A stretch of 64,000 nt of DNA from the IMG/VR virus record IMGVR_UViG_3300033562_000715; one strand, 5' to 3'. Position 1 is the stretch's first letter; every line of letters begins with the position of its first letter. The translations under genes and the position numbers were made by a program. The notes under the pieces are model-generated. The model was not told where the DNA came from. It saw only the letters and a program-made list of their open reading frames with translations, and did no database searches. Source of the stretch: an uncultured virus (IMG/VR IMGVR_UViG_3300033562_000715) (lineage: Duplodnaviria > Heunggongvirae > Uroviricota > Caudoviricetes). Positions 30,748 to 40,391 of this stretch are shown here, piece by piece.

Positions 30748-31089
30748 TTGGCAAATATGTGTAATGTAGAGAACTTGGTAAAGGTTTCTGAAAGGATTAG
30801 AAGTAATTTAAACTTTGGTTTTGTTACCTTAGATGGTGATAGGGTATGTGAGCATTGTGGAGCTATCTTACCTAAAGGAACAGACTGTATTAAGTTTTAC
30901 AGAAAGAGTAAAGAAGGACGTAAGTTGAGTATTTACACCTGTGATGCTTGTTATGAACTTCAATGGGGTATTGTTAATGCTAAAAGACTCTTAGATAAGT
31001 ATATGACTATTGCTTGTCAGGATATATTGGCTGAGGTTGTTGAAGAATATGAAAGTAAGGATTATAGAAGGGTAGGTTGTAAAGGTTAA
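30748..31089 (+). CDS. Zn-finger protein, paralog 1
   Basis: CEHCG..LPKGTDC...YTCDAC. Confidence 0.7.
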   Translation: MANMCNVENLVKVSERIRSNLNFGFVTLDGDRVCEHCGAILPKGTDCIKFYRKSKEGRKLSIYTCDACYELQWGIVNAKRLLDKYMTIACQDILAEVVEEYESKDYRRVGCKG

Positions 31090-31126
31090 CACTGTATTCT
31101 TTATAAGAAAGGGTTGAGAGGTTATT

Positions 31127-31474
31127 ATGTTGGAAAATATAAATGAGTATAAGAAACATGTGGGTACAGAAAACAAAAATTATTGTGTAGTCTTAATTGA
31201 GTCAGAGCAAATTTGTAAACATTGTCATTCTGTAATACCTATTGGCTCTAATTGTGTCTCAATAAATAATAAGAGTAGTAATAGGTCATGGATTTGTGAT
31301 GATTGTCTACAGTTAAAGCTTGATATTTGTGTTGCTAGATTAAGTTGTGGTATGACCCCTAATGGTGTTGTTAGTAAAGACCTTGCTACTTCTGAAGAAG
31401 TTAGAAGTCTTACGAAAGAATATGAAAACCGAGCATTTATGAATAGTATTAAACAAACAACATGGAAAGGGTAG
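31127..31474 (+). CDS. Zn-finger protein, paralog 2
   Basis: CKHCH..IPIGSNC...WICDDC. Confidence 0.7.
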   Translation: MLENINEYKKHVGTENKNYCVVLIESEQICKHCHSVIPIGSNCVSINNKSSNRSWICDDCLQLKLDICVARLSCGMTPNGVVSKDLATSEEVRSLTKEYENRAFMNSIKQTTWKG

Positions 31475-31489
31475 AAAGTAGGTTGTAAT

Positions 31490-31804
31490 ATGGGCAAGAG
31501 TGAAATAAAAGAACGTATTAATGTTTCAAAGAGTAAAAACTTCTGCTTTGTAACTGTCAGGTCTGACCACTGTTGTAAACATTGTGGTACGACTATAAAG
31601 AAAGGTACTTCTTGTTTAACTATTAATAAGAAAAAGGAAGGCAGAGCATGGTTATGTGAAGATTGTTTATCCTTATTAGTAAACATATTAGACGCAAAAG
31701 CAGACTTAGACTCAGTTTCTTTTAGTGATGAGGGTGCAGCTATGGCTTGTATTGATACAGTAGAGTCCTTGTTAGGTGAATATGAATGTAGGGGTATAGA
31801 ATGA
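31490..31804 (+). CDS. Zn-finger protein, paralog 3
   Basis: CKHCG..IKKGTSC...WLCEDC. Confidence 0.7.
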   Translation: MGKSEIKERINVSKSKNFCFVTVRSDHCCKHCGTTIKKGTSCLTINKKKEGRAWLCEDCLSLLVNILDAKADLDSVSFSDEGAAMACIDTVESLLGEYECRGIE

Positions 31805-32565
31805 GAATAGATGAATTAACACCAATAGAGTATTATGAAAATGAAGGTATTTGGCTAAAGAGAGATGACCTCTTTGAAATCTGTGGGGTAAAAGGTGGTA
31901 AAAGTCGTTCTGCTTATCAAGTAATTCAACAGTTAATTGAGAGTGGTCATACTACTATTGTAACAGCAGGAAGTAGACAATCTCCACAATGTGAGATTGT
32001 TAGTTATATTTGTGAAGATTTGGGTATAGCTTGTAAGGTTTTCATGCCTAGAGGTCAGGATACATCGGTTATAGAACATATCAACCAAAATAAAAATACT
32101 GAGATAGTGAGAGTAACTTGTGGGTATAACAATGTGATTGTTGCTAGAGCAAGAGAATATGCTAAAGACCGTAACTATGGATATGTTCCTTTTGGAATGG
32201 AATGTGCTGAGAATGTAGAAGTTACAAGTAAACAGGTTGTTAACTTACCAAAGGAAGCTAAACGATTAGTAATGCCAGTTGGTAGTGGTATGAGTTTTTC
32301 TTCTGTAGTTACAGGGTTAGTTAGAGAGGGTATTACTTTACCAGTCTTAGGTGTAAGAGTTGGTAAAGACCCTACAAAGATTATCCAAGAATATGCAGAT
32401 GGTATAGATTTTATAGACTATACAATAGCAACTAGTCAACATGCGTATCACAATGAAATAGAAGCTTATGTAGGAGGGGTAAACCTTGACCCAATATATG
32501 AAGCTAAATGCAGGGAGTATTTAAAAGAGGGTGACTGCTTATGGATTGTTGGTCATCGTGTATAA
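31801..32565 (+). CDS. PLP-dependent fold-type II enzyme (ACC deaminase/D-cysteine desulfhydrase-like)
   Basis: LTPIE...WLKRDD...GGKSR (PLP Lys), PVGSGMS phosphate loop, LDPIYEAK. Confidence 0.8.
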   Translation: MRIDELTPIEYYENEGIWLKRDDLFEICGVKGGKSRSAYQVIQQLIESGHTTIVTAGSRQSPQCEIVSYICEDLGIACKVFMPRGQDTSVIEHINQNKNTEIVRVTCGYNNVIVARAREYAKDRNYGYVPFGMECAENVEVTSKQVVNLPKEAKRLVMPVGSGMSFSSVVTGLVREGITLPVLGVRVGKDPTKIIQEYADGIDFIDYTIATSQHAYHNEIEAYVGGVNLDPIYEAKCREYLKEGDCLWIVGHRV

Positions 32566-32591
32566 AGTATAGAAGAACTTTTTAGACTATC

Positions 32592-32620
32592 TTGCGTTAA
32601 GTTGTAATACGTGGTAAACT
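32592..32620 (+). promoter_or_regulatory. sigmaA promoter at the head of the adhesin/Tad locus
   Basis: TTGCGT-17 nt-TAAACT with TG motif. Confidence 0.65.
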
Positions 32621-32718
32621 ATACTTATCAACTACAAAAAATATTTATTGTAGTTTGCCCCTTAAGTAATGGCAACTAAGGGTAATATAAACAACACAAG
32701 AAAAAGGAGATTAAAAGT

Positions 32719-33687
32719 ATGAAAAAGAAAATTGTAGAATTATTACTTGCACTTACATGTGTAGCAGTATTATTTGTAGGTTGTGGTAAGGAAACAGCAA
32801 CCACAAAGAAACCAGTTGTAAAGGTGGAACAGACGGCTAAAGAGAAGGTCGAAAAGAATAAACCAACTAAAGTATCAAGAGAAACTTTCTATGCTACTCA
32901 GGACGGTGTTCCAATTCATAATCTAGCAGATGCAAACAGCCCAGTAATTACAACTCACAAATTAAATGATGAAATCAAAATCTTCGGGGTAGAAGAAAAT
33001 GGTTTCCGTAAAGTAGAAGTAGCAATAGATGAAGCAATGGGGTTTGTAGATTCCAAGCTTATATCTAAAGAAAAGGTTTCTACTTCTGCAAGTGCTAATC
33101 AAACACAAGTACCAACACCAGAAACACCAGCAACTCCTAACACGTCAACAACTACTACTACAAAACCTAGTACTTCAACAACTACTACAAAACCTAGTAC
33201 TTCAACAACTACACCAACTAAACCTAGCACCTCGACAACTAAACCAGCACCAACCCCAGCCCCAGCCCCAGCTCCAACACCAGCTCCGACACCAACCCCA
33301 GCTCCAACTCCATCAAATCCAGTATTTGACCACCCAGAACTATACGTTCCAATTCCACAAGGTTGGAATACTCATAACTCAGTTTGCAGTTCTAAGTTAA
33401 ATGCAGAACAGAAAGCTCAAATTGATGCTTGGGTAAATAGTTGGAAGAGCGGTGGATTATCAAGTGACTCTCTTAAGACTACCATACAGAAATATTTAAA
33501 TCTTCAGGGTGTTCTCTATGTAAATGTACTTATAAATAAAGGAAACTTTATTGCTACATCCTTAAGCGACACCACAGAATCAATATGCTATGGAATATAC
33601 GATATGGCAGCTGAGTATAGCACTGGTGTAAAAGACCCGAATAGCAACACAACTAAATGTATTGACTATGAAATATCTATTTATTAA
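32719..33687 (+). CDS. Lipoprotein with SH3b domain and Pro/Thr-rich linker
   Basis: Lipobox LFVGC, SH3b-like segment ending GFVDSKLIS, KPSTSTTT and PAPT repeats. Confidence 0.8.
   Translation: MKKKIVELLLALTCVAVLFVGCGKETATTKKPVVKVEQTAKEKVEKNKPTKVSRETFYATQDGVPIHNLADANSPVITTHKLNDEIKIFGVEENGFRKVEVAIDEAMGFVDSKLISKEKVSTSASANQTQVPTPETPATPNTSTTTTTKPSTSTTTTKPSTSTTTPTKPSTSTTKPAPTPAPAPAPTPAPTPTPAPTPSNPVFDHPELYVPIPQGWNTHNSVCSSKLNAEQKAQIDAWVNSWKSGGLSSDSLKTTIQKYLNLQGVLYVNVLINKGNFIATSLSDTTESICYGIYDMAAEYSTGVKDPNSNTTKCIDYEISIY
33130..33312 (+). repeat. Coding low-complexity repeats (KPSTSTTTT; PA/PT)
   Basis: acaaaacctagtacttcaacaact duplicated; ccagcc/ccaaca units. Confidence 0.8.
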
Positions 33688-33703
33688 GAAAGGAAAGGAT
33701 AAC

Positions 33704-35947
33704 ATGAAGGCTTTATGTAAAAAATGTATCATTGGTACATTAATAGTTTTAATGACTCTTGGGGTGGTTGCATTGCAGCCACCTCAAAAAGCGTCTGCAG
33801 CTAGCCCTCCACCTTGGACATATGACCCAGTAGCTTTTTATACAGACTTTGGAAGTAGAAACAAAATTGCCTATTTGGATAGCGAATTCTACTTTGGTGG
33901 TAAATCAAAGTTGGCTCAAGATTCAAAAAACACTTGGTTATATAGAACCGTAGGTTATAAAGTAACTATTACAACAAAAAGTTATACTGTCTCAGTCTCA
34001 ATACCAGTAACAGGGGGTATTGTAAAAACTGTAAACCAATACCCAAGTGGTGGTTATCATTATCAATTAAACAAATTTACCTTACGCAATTTAATAAAAG
34101 AAATAAATAAAGTAAACAGTGATGCAGGTACTGAATTTAGTACTTATGGTGGAACTATCATTGTGGATAACTGGATGACAGTCATTGCTTGTGATTCAAA
34201 GGGTAGACAAACACCTTGGGGTAGCATGGATGCTAATGGTGTTCCTCACGATGTGGTCTATGATACTTGGGATGGGATTACTCATGCTCTTGATGGCATT
34301 GGTCATCACTGGTCGGACTATGGCAAATCCTTAGAAAGCTATTATGGAAACAAAGTAGAGTATAAATCCGACCTCACATCAGGGCAAACTGTATATGCAA
34401 GGTTTCAGCTAGAGAATGGTGGTTACAGTGGGTATTATGAGAAAATAAATGATAACTTTCTTATTGGTGCTACAGTGTATTGGAGACAACCCCCTGATGA
34501 TTGCTATAAAGAAACCATAGTTTCCTATGTAGCTGATGGGCAGCGTAAAGTATATGTCGACGTTCCTAGAAATTCTTATACACAAAGGTCTTATGTAGCT
34601 TATCAGGATGAAAATGGTAACTACAGTAATTGGCTTTTAATGGACACAAAAACACCTTTTTATGGTGCAAACTACAAATGGTCTTTTGCAGGTGATACTT
34701 TAAACAACCCTATTTCAGTAAACTATACTGTTACAGGAGCGAAAGACAACTACATTAAGATTCCTAGAAAGCAGTTTGAACTAACCTTAAACAAGGATGA
34801 TGGTATTGCTACTGTTACAGGTGGTGGTAAATACTATGTAGGTCAAACGGTTAACATCAACGCAACTCTTAAACCAGAGGGTGTTAAATGGAAAGGTTGG
34901 GAGGGTAATGAATTTCCTTTTTCCCAGTCATACTCCTTTGTAATGCCTAATAACATCCTAACTTATAAAGCCACAACTCAACCTTGCATCTATGTTCTTG
35001 ACTTTGATGGAAATGGTGCAACAGAAGGTTCAATGGATTCTTTACCAGTTAAGTATAAAGATTTACTAAAACTCCCTAAGAATCAATTCCAACGTAAACT
35101 AGTACCATGTACCTTTGTAGGTTGGCATACTAACCGTGATAGCATGGTTCAGCAATACACAGATGAACAAACTATTACAATTGCTGACTTAATAAAAGCA
35201 GCAAATGTTACTAACACGGATGCAAGACTTACTCTTTATGCGATTTGGGATGAAGCACCAGGCTTTATAGTAACGGAGTCAATGGACAGATACTTTACTT
35301 TAGACGAAGCTAAACAGGGTATTATTACAGAGAGAGAACTATTATCAACGGTAAAAGCGACGGATAAAGAAACTGTTCCTTTGATTCAAAAAACTAAAGA
35401 GGACATTATAGTATCAGGAAATGATATAGGTATTACAACATTAGGGTATCAAGCATCTGACTTTACAACTCTTAAAAACGAAGCAGTTATTTCTCAATTG
35501 TATCAAGTAAAAGATGAAGCAGGCAATAAAGAACTATTAGCAGTTAATGTACATGTTATCAACAATACTCCAGTTGTTGTATCTACTCGTTTTAGAAGTA
35601 TTGAGGGTAAATATCTGTACAAGGGTTATGAAGCTAATCTTAAACTTCCAATGGATCAACGAAAGCGTGCAGAAGACTTATTACTACAAGAACCAGAAAA
35701 AGGAGGTTTAAGGGTAGATAGTTTTTGGAGAACTCATCGTTCGCAATTAGACCAGATATATAACCAAGAAATAAAAGATGAACCCCCTATAAGAGTTGTG
35801 CGTGTAGGCAAAGAAACCTTACAGAAACTTAAGACTGATTTAAAAGAGAATAAGGTAGACTATATTAATATTAACCGTGGTTCAGATTTTAAGTTTAGCA
35901 AACCTGAAGGTGCAAATTATGAAGTATTAGAATACATTCGTAAATAG
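33704..35947 (+). CDS. Secreted adhesin-like protein with InlB B-repeat (Flg_new-like) domains
   Basis: Signal peptide; TVTGGGKY.VGQTVNINA...WKGW and FDGNGAT.GSM...FVGW...LYAIW repeats. ATG 33704 follows GAAAGGA. Confidence 0.7.
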   Translation: MKALCKKCIIGTLIVLMTLGVVALQPPQKASAASPPPWTYDPVAFYTDFGSRNKIAYLDSEFYFGGKSKLAQDSKNTWLYRTVGYKVTITTKSYTVSVSIPVTGGIVKTVNQYPSGGYHYQLNKFTLRNLIKEINKVNSDAGTEFSTYGGTIIVDNWMTVIACDSKGRQTPWGSMDANGVPHDVVYDTWDGITHALDGIGHHWSDYGKSLESYYGNKVEYKSDLTSGQTVYARFQLENGGYSGYYEKINDNFLIGATVYWRQPPDDCYKETIVSYVADGQRKVYVDVPRNSYTQRSYVAYQDENGNYSNWLLMDTKTPFYGANYKWSFAGDTLNNPISVNYTVTGAKDNYIKIPRKQFELTLNKDDGIATVTGGGKYYVGQTVNINATLKPEGVKWKGWEGNEFPFSQSYSFVMPNNILTYKATTQPCIYVLDFDGNGATEGSMDSLPVKYKDLLKLPKNQFQRKLVPCTFVGWHTNRDSMVQQYTDEQTITIADLIKAANVTNTDARLTLYAIWDEAPGFIVTESMDRYFTLDEAKQGIITERELLSTVKATDKETVPLIQKTKEDIIVSGNDIGITTLGYQASDFTTLKNEAVISQLYQVKDEAGNKELLAVNVHVINNTPVVVSTRFRSIEGKYLYKGYEANLKLPMDQRKRAEDLLLQEPEKGGLRVDSFWRTHRSQLDQIYNQEIKDEPPIRVVRVGKETLQKLKTDLKENKVDYININRGSDFKFSKPEGANYEVLEYIRK

Positions 35948-36020
35948 CATCTATTAGTATAGGTTCAGAATTTAGTAAACTAGAAGATATTCAATATTAT
36001 ATGAAAGGAGGAAACACAAA

Positions 36021-36179
36021 ATGAAAGAGATTTTTGAACAATACGGACCAGCCATTATTGTAGCTTTTGTTATTATTGCGTTGTTAGGAATAGTAATTGC
36101 AGCGTTTAAGTTGCCAGTCTTAACAGGTTTCTTATCAAACTTAATAGGTGATTTCATGACAGCAGCAGGACTTTCGTAG
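36021..36179 (+). CDS. 52-aa Flp-like major pilin candidate, not in the track
   Basis: AAAGGAGG RBS; MKEIFEQYGPAIIVAFVIIALLGIVIAAFKLPVLTGFLSNLIGDFMTAAGLS*; own terminator; directly upstream of cpaF. Confidence 0.75.
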   Translation: MKEIFEQYGPAIIVAFVIIALLGIVIAAFKLPVLTGFLSNLIGDFMTAAGLS

Positions 36180-36209
36180 GTAACTAAGATTGTCAAATTC
36201 AGTATTACA

Positions 36210-36242
36210 AGAAAAGGCACAATCTTATATTGTGCTTTTTCT
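36210..36242 (+). terminator. Rho-independent terminator after the pilin candidate
   Basis: agaaaaggcacaat-cttat-attgtgctttttct. Confidence 0.75.
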
Positions 36243-36419
36243 GTTGTAAACTGAGAAAGTAAAATTTAAAGGTTTTTCTACTGAATTTTTTATGCTTTTA
36301 CTATAGGGTATCTTAAATTGTACTCAAAAGTAGGGTAAAAAGTTTAATATAAATATAAAACAATCTAGACTGAAATATTATATCAGTTTAAATAAATAGA
36401 ATAAAGGAGAAAGTATATT

Positions 36420-37577
36420 ATGTATGATTCAAATGGACAAGAAATAATAGTTAACGATATTGCAGAAGAGAAGATTAAAACCTTAAGTTTTAGCCCAGAG
36501 TCTTTTGGTGCATTTTGGGAATATGTATCTGATGACAACATTACAGATGTAGATTACAATGGTACTGACCTTTGGTTAACTGATACTGAGAATAACCGTA
36601 AACTAGTTTTAGACCCTTGTATAACAAGAAGGTTTGTTGAGAACTTTACAATGAGGGTAGGCAATCAAGTTTCAAAAAATCTTAATAAGAAAGAAAACCT
36701 ATTAGAGGCAGACACGGAAACATTACGTATAAGTATTATTCATGAGAGTGTAGCAGTCTCAGGTAGATCTGTATGTATTCGTAAGTCATTACCATCCGTA
36801 AGACTCACACCTCAAACTATGGTAAGCACTGAGTTTTGTAGTAGAGCTATAATGAACTTAATGGTAAATTGTGTGTTAGCAAACTTAAATACTGTTGTAG
36901 TTGGAGCAACAGGTGCAGGTAAAACAGAAGTAGCAAAGTTTATTTCGCAGTTCATACCTAATACTGATAGGGTAATAACCATAGAAGATTCCCCAGAATG
37001 GCATTACAAAAAAATTAATCCAAATCATGATTGTGTAGAACTAAGAATCAATGAAGAAATAACTTATGCTCAAGCAATAAAGAACTGTTTAAGACAGAAT
37101 CCAAAATGGATTATGTTATCTGAAGCACGTTCAGTTGAAGTTAAGTATTTAATAGAAAGTATGTCTACAGGTCATAGTTGTATTACTTCACTTCATACAG
37201 ATGATATTAGGCACGTACCTAGCAGGGTATTAAACATGATGCCAACAAGAGAAGACGCAGAAAGATTAGAAAATGATGTTTATACATTTATAAACCAAGT
37301 TCTATTAGTTAGAAAGAAACAGCTACCAGATGGTTCTGCTCGTAGATACATTGATCAATTGGGTTTCTTATATGTAAATGAAGCTAAGGAAAATGGTCTT
37401 AAATTTATTATAAAGGGTGGCGAACTTGTTTCAGATATATTACCAGATTTTATTTTAGATAAGTTTAAAATAGCAGATATTGTAAACCCTTTTGAATGTA
37501 AAGTATTAGATGATATAATAGGTGATACGTACACTTACTCACCATTACAACCCACTGGTAACCAAATATTAAAATAA
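36420..37577 (+). CDS. cpaF: CpaF/TadA pilus assembly ATPase
   Basis: ITDVDYNG, IRK, Walker A GATGAGKT, Asp box ITIED, LRQNP...SEAR, His box TGH..TSLH. Confidence 0.88.
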   Translation: MYDSNGQEIIVNDIAEEKIKTLSFSPESFGAFWEYVSDDNITDVDYNGTDLWLTDTENNRKLVLDPCITRRFVENFTMRVGNQVSKNLNKKENLLEADTETLRISIIHESVAVSGRSVCIRKSLPSVRLTPQTMVSTEFCSRAIMNLMVNCVLANLNTVVVGATGAGKTEVAKFISQFIPNTDRVITIEDSPEWHYKKINPNHDCVELRINEEITYAQAIKNCLRQNPKWIMLSEARSVEVKYLIESMSTGHSCITSLHTDDIRHVPSRVLNMMPTREDAERLENDVYTFINQVLLVRKKQLPDGSARRYIDQLGFLYVNEAKENGLKFIIKGGELVSDILPDFILDKFKIADIVNPFECKVLDDIIGDTYTYSPLQPTGNQILK

Positions 37578-37595
37578 GAAAGGATTTAGTGCATT

Positions 37596-39116
37596 ATGAA
37601 AAAACAGAAGCAATTAAAAATGAAACAAAAGAAACAAAAGAAACAACATATTTTCTTTTGGAATGTGAAGGCTCAAGTAGAGAAATTAGGTTATGAGGTT
37701 TCAACAGGATCTTTAGTATTAACATTACTATTATCAATGTTTGGATTTTTCCTTTTTGGTTTAATTATGAAACTCACTCCTATATGGTCAACACCTCTAT
37801 TGGTGATTTCCCTTTACTTCACACCTATCGTATATTACAACCTTTATAGAAATAGGTTTCAGATGCGAAGATTCTCTGATGTAAATGTGTACATTGAGCA
37901 AATGCTATATGCATTTAAGAATTCAAAGAAAATATTAAACTCATTAGAAGATGTTCGTATCCTATTTCCAAGTGGAGAGATGAGAGACCTAATGAATGAG
38001 GCTTGTGACATCATTTCTATTCCTAGTATGGAAAATATGGATGAGGATGTGGAACTAAAGGCTCTTAAGCTAATTGAAGACCATTACAACAATGAGCACA
38101 TTAGAAGTATGCATAGATTCTTATTGAGTGTACAACGTATCGGTGGTGAATTTGATTTACCCCTTGCATTATTACTAAAAAGTAGAGATTCATGGCATAG
38201 TCGTACAGTAAAATTACAAGAACAAAGAAAGCTTAAAAGGGGCGAGATACTTGGTTCATGTATTGCAGCATCCTTGATTTGTATCTCACTATTGTACATC
38301 TTACCACCAGATGTTACTATTGCTACATTATTACCAGTACGTATTGCTCATATTGCAATGGTGTTCTTTATGGGTAAAATTTACTTAAAGGCAGTAAGAA
38401 AGCTATCTTCAGACTTGTTATTACAAAGAGAAGCAAAAAGTGCTGAAAAGCTAAGAACTGATTACTTTAGTTTTATTAACTATAATCCAAGGAAAGAATT
38501 CAAGAAGAGTATTTTGTACACCTTAATACCACTTGCTCTTGCTATCTTAAACTTCTTTGTAATTAAAGTAAATGTAGTATACATGGTTGCAGCAATATTA
38601 GCTATTATAACATTATGCCAGCATATGTTAGGTCATTCTTTATTGGGTAAACGCTTAAATCGTGAGATTTCTCTTGCATTTCCACAATGGTTGTTAGAAC
38701 TTACATTACTTTTACAGTCAGATAACGTTCAGGTATCTATCTTTAAAACTGTAGGTACAGCATTACCTATTATGCAACCTGAATTAGAAAAGTTAAAAGC
38801 AAGTTTGTTAGAAACACCAAGTAGTCCAGAGCCATTCTTACATTTCTTCATAGACTTTAATCTTCCTGAGATTACAACTTCAATGCAGATGCTCTATGCT
38901 TTGTCTATAGGTAGTGGTGGTGACTCTAAAGAACAAATTGCTAATATTGTAGAACGTAACAATAATAGCTTAGATAGAGCTGAAACAAAATTAAATGATG
39001 ATTCTATTGCAGGATTATATGCATTGTTTTTATCACCTATGTTGGTAAGTAGTGCAGTTTTAATGTTAGATATGTCACTTTTCTTAGTAAATTATATTAC
39101 AAAGTTAACACTGTAA
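37596..39116 (+). CDS. Fused TadB-TadC-like pilus platform protein
   Basis: 506 aa with two T2SSF-like halves (YIEQMLYAFK..KILNSLE; FPQWLLELTLLLQS.NV..SI) separated by TM bundles; follows cpaF. Confidence 0.7.
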   Translation: MKKQKQLKMKQKKQKKQHIFFWNVKAQVEKLGYEVSTGSLVLTLLLSMFGFFLFGLIMKLTPIWSTPLLVISLYFTPIVYYNLYRNRFQMRRFSDVNVYIEQMLYAFKNSKKILNSLEDVRILFPSGEMRDLMNEACDIISIPSMENMDEDVELKALKLIEDHYNNEHIRSMHRFLLSVQRIGGEFDLPLALLLKSRDSWHSRTVKLQEQRKLKRGEILGSCIAASLICISLLYILPPDVTIATLLPVRIAHIAMVFFMGKIYLKAVRKLSSDLLLQREAKSAEKLRTDYFSFINYNPRKEFKKSILYTLIPLALAILNFFVIKVNVVYMVAAILAIITLCQHMLGHSLLGKRLNREISLAFPQWLLELTLLLQSDNVQVSIFKTVGTALPIMQPELEKLKASLLETPSSPEPFLHFFIDFNLPEITTSMQMLYALSIGSGGDSKEQIANIVERNNNSLDRAETKLNDDSIAGLYALFLSPMLVSSAVLMLDMSLFLVNYITKLTL

Positions 39117-39128
39117 GGGGGTTTTATA

Positions 39129-39503
39129 ATGAAAGAAATATTTGAAGCAATATTGGGTATATTTCTTATAACTCTAATGTTAGTTGGTTCATTGTCTTGT
39201 ATATCTGCATCAATTGATGCAAAAAACGCAGATGCAACTAAAACCGCTTACATCTCAGAATTAGAGAATAGTAACTACTCAAAAGAAATTATGACCAAGA
39301 TATTCGAAGACGCAGCAAAACGTAATTATCAAGTAAAACTAGCAATTTATGATTCGCACACTGTAAAGTTAGCATCTAGTGCAGCTGAGTTGCCAGCAGA
39401 GACCTTAAATGTATATATGGTTAGGGTAGATTTAAAATTCAACTATACTGTAAAGTTATTAAATATTGTAGAACCGCAAACCGTAACAGGTTATGCGAGA
39501 TAG
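39129..39503 (+). CDS. Minor pilin-like protein (TadE/F-like)
   Basis: MKEIFEAILG plus hydrophobic helix; C-terminal beta strands. Confidence 0.6.
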   Translation: MKEIFEAILGIFLITLMLVGSLSCISASIDAKNADATKTAYISELENSNYSKEIMTKIFEDAAKRNYQVKLAIYDSHTVKLASSAAELPAETLNVYMVRVDLKFNYTVKLLNIVEPQTVTGYAR

Positions 39504-39512
39504 GGGTAGCAT

Positions 39513-39614
39513 ATGAAAACAATACTTAGTGAGTTCGGTTTAAGTCTTGTATATTTAGCTTTAGCTTGTGCATTTATTAAGCTTTTACTTTATTTTTTAG
39601 CACAGATTACTTAA
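39513..39614 (+). CDS. 33-aa pilin-like peptide, not in the track
   Basis: AGGGG RBS; MKTILSEFGLSLVYLALACAFIKLLLYFLAQIT*. Confidence 0.6.
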   Translation: MKTILSEFGLSLVYLALACAFIKLLLYFLAQIT

Positions 39615-39630
39615 AGAAAGGGGTAAAGTC

Positions 39631-39768
39631 ATGGAAGAAATGTTTGAAACTTTTGGGCAAGCAATATTAACTGTAGTAGCAAGTAGTACTCTTGTAGTAA
39701 TAAGTACTGCACTATTTTACAACTTGATTGTACCATTTATTAATAATATGTTACAACAACTAATTTAA
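39631..39768 (+). CDS. 45-aa pilin-like peptide, not in the track
   Basis: AAGGGG RBS; MEEMFETFGQAILTVVASSTLVVISTALFYNLIVPFINNMLQQLI*. Confidence 0.62.
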   Translation: MEEMFETFGQAILTVVASSTLVVISTALFYNLIVPFINNMLQQLI

Positions 39769-39781
39769 GGAGACCTATATT

Positions 39782-40375
39782 ATGAGAGAGATATTAAAGC
39801 AATTTGGAGAACCACTTATAGTGGTTACAGCAGTGATTTCAATTGTAGTACTCCTATTTGTAAGTTGGAACTCATTTGACCCAAGTAAACCACCTAGTAT
39901 ATTAACCGAAATAGGCTCTGACATAACACCTTTAGCAAAGAAAGAACATGTAGAAAAGCCTATTAGTGACCTAGTAGACCAGACTAAACAGACTTCTTGT
40001 AATGCTTTTGTAAAAACCAGAGCTATTCAAGGTGATACAATACAATTTGGCACTCTATTGGGGGTAGACTGTAATGAACAACTTCTTGATGGTTCAGGAA
40101 ACCCTACAAGCTTGTTAAAATATACTTGGAATGAAACAAATAAAAGGTTTGAAGTAGGTTCATCAACTCAAAAGGGTATAGTAGAAGTCTTGAATGTGAA
40201 AGACCAAACAGGTGTACAACAATTAAGCACTTGTCTAACAACAGATGCAAGTGGGGTAAGGTCTTTTACTTTTGCTCAGTGTGGTTTATATACTATAAAA
40301 CTCAGGGTAACTACAGAGAACAAAACAACTATTTTGCTGAATATAAATGTAGCTGTAGACATTAAGAATATTTAG
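39782..40375 (+). CDS. Minor pilin-like protein with beta-sandwich C-terminus
   Basis: MREILKQFG plus TM helix; ends FTF...GLYTIKLRVT. Confidence 0.6.
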   Translation: MREILKQFGEPLIVVTAVISIVVLLFVSWNSFDPSKPPSILTEIGSDITPLAKKEHVEKPISDLVDQTKQTSCNAFVKTRAIQGDTIQFGTLLGVDCNEQLLDGSGNPTSLLKYTWNETNKRFEVGSSTQKGIVEVLNVKDQTGVQQLSTCLTTDASGVRSFTFAQCGLYTIKLRVTTENKTTILLNINVAVDIKNI

Positions 40376-40391
40376 AAAGGAAGAACAATAG

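Noticed and set aside
35972..36220. 82-aa minus-strand ORF in the gap before cpaF
   Set aside because: It is antisense to the better supported + strand pilin ORF 36021-36179, which has a strong RBS and terminator.
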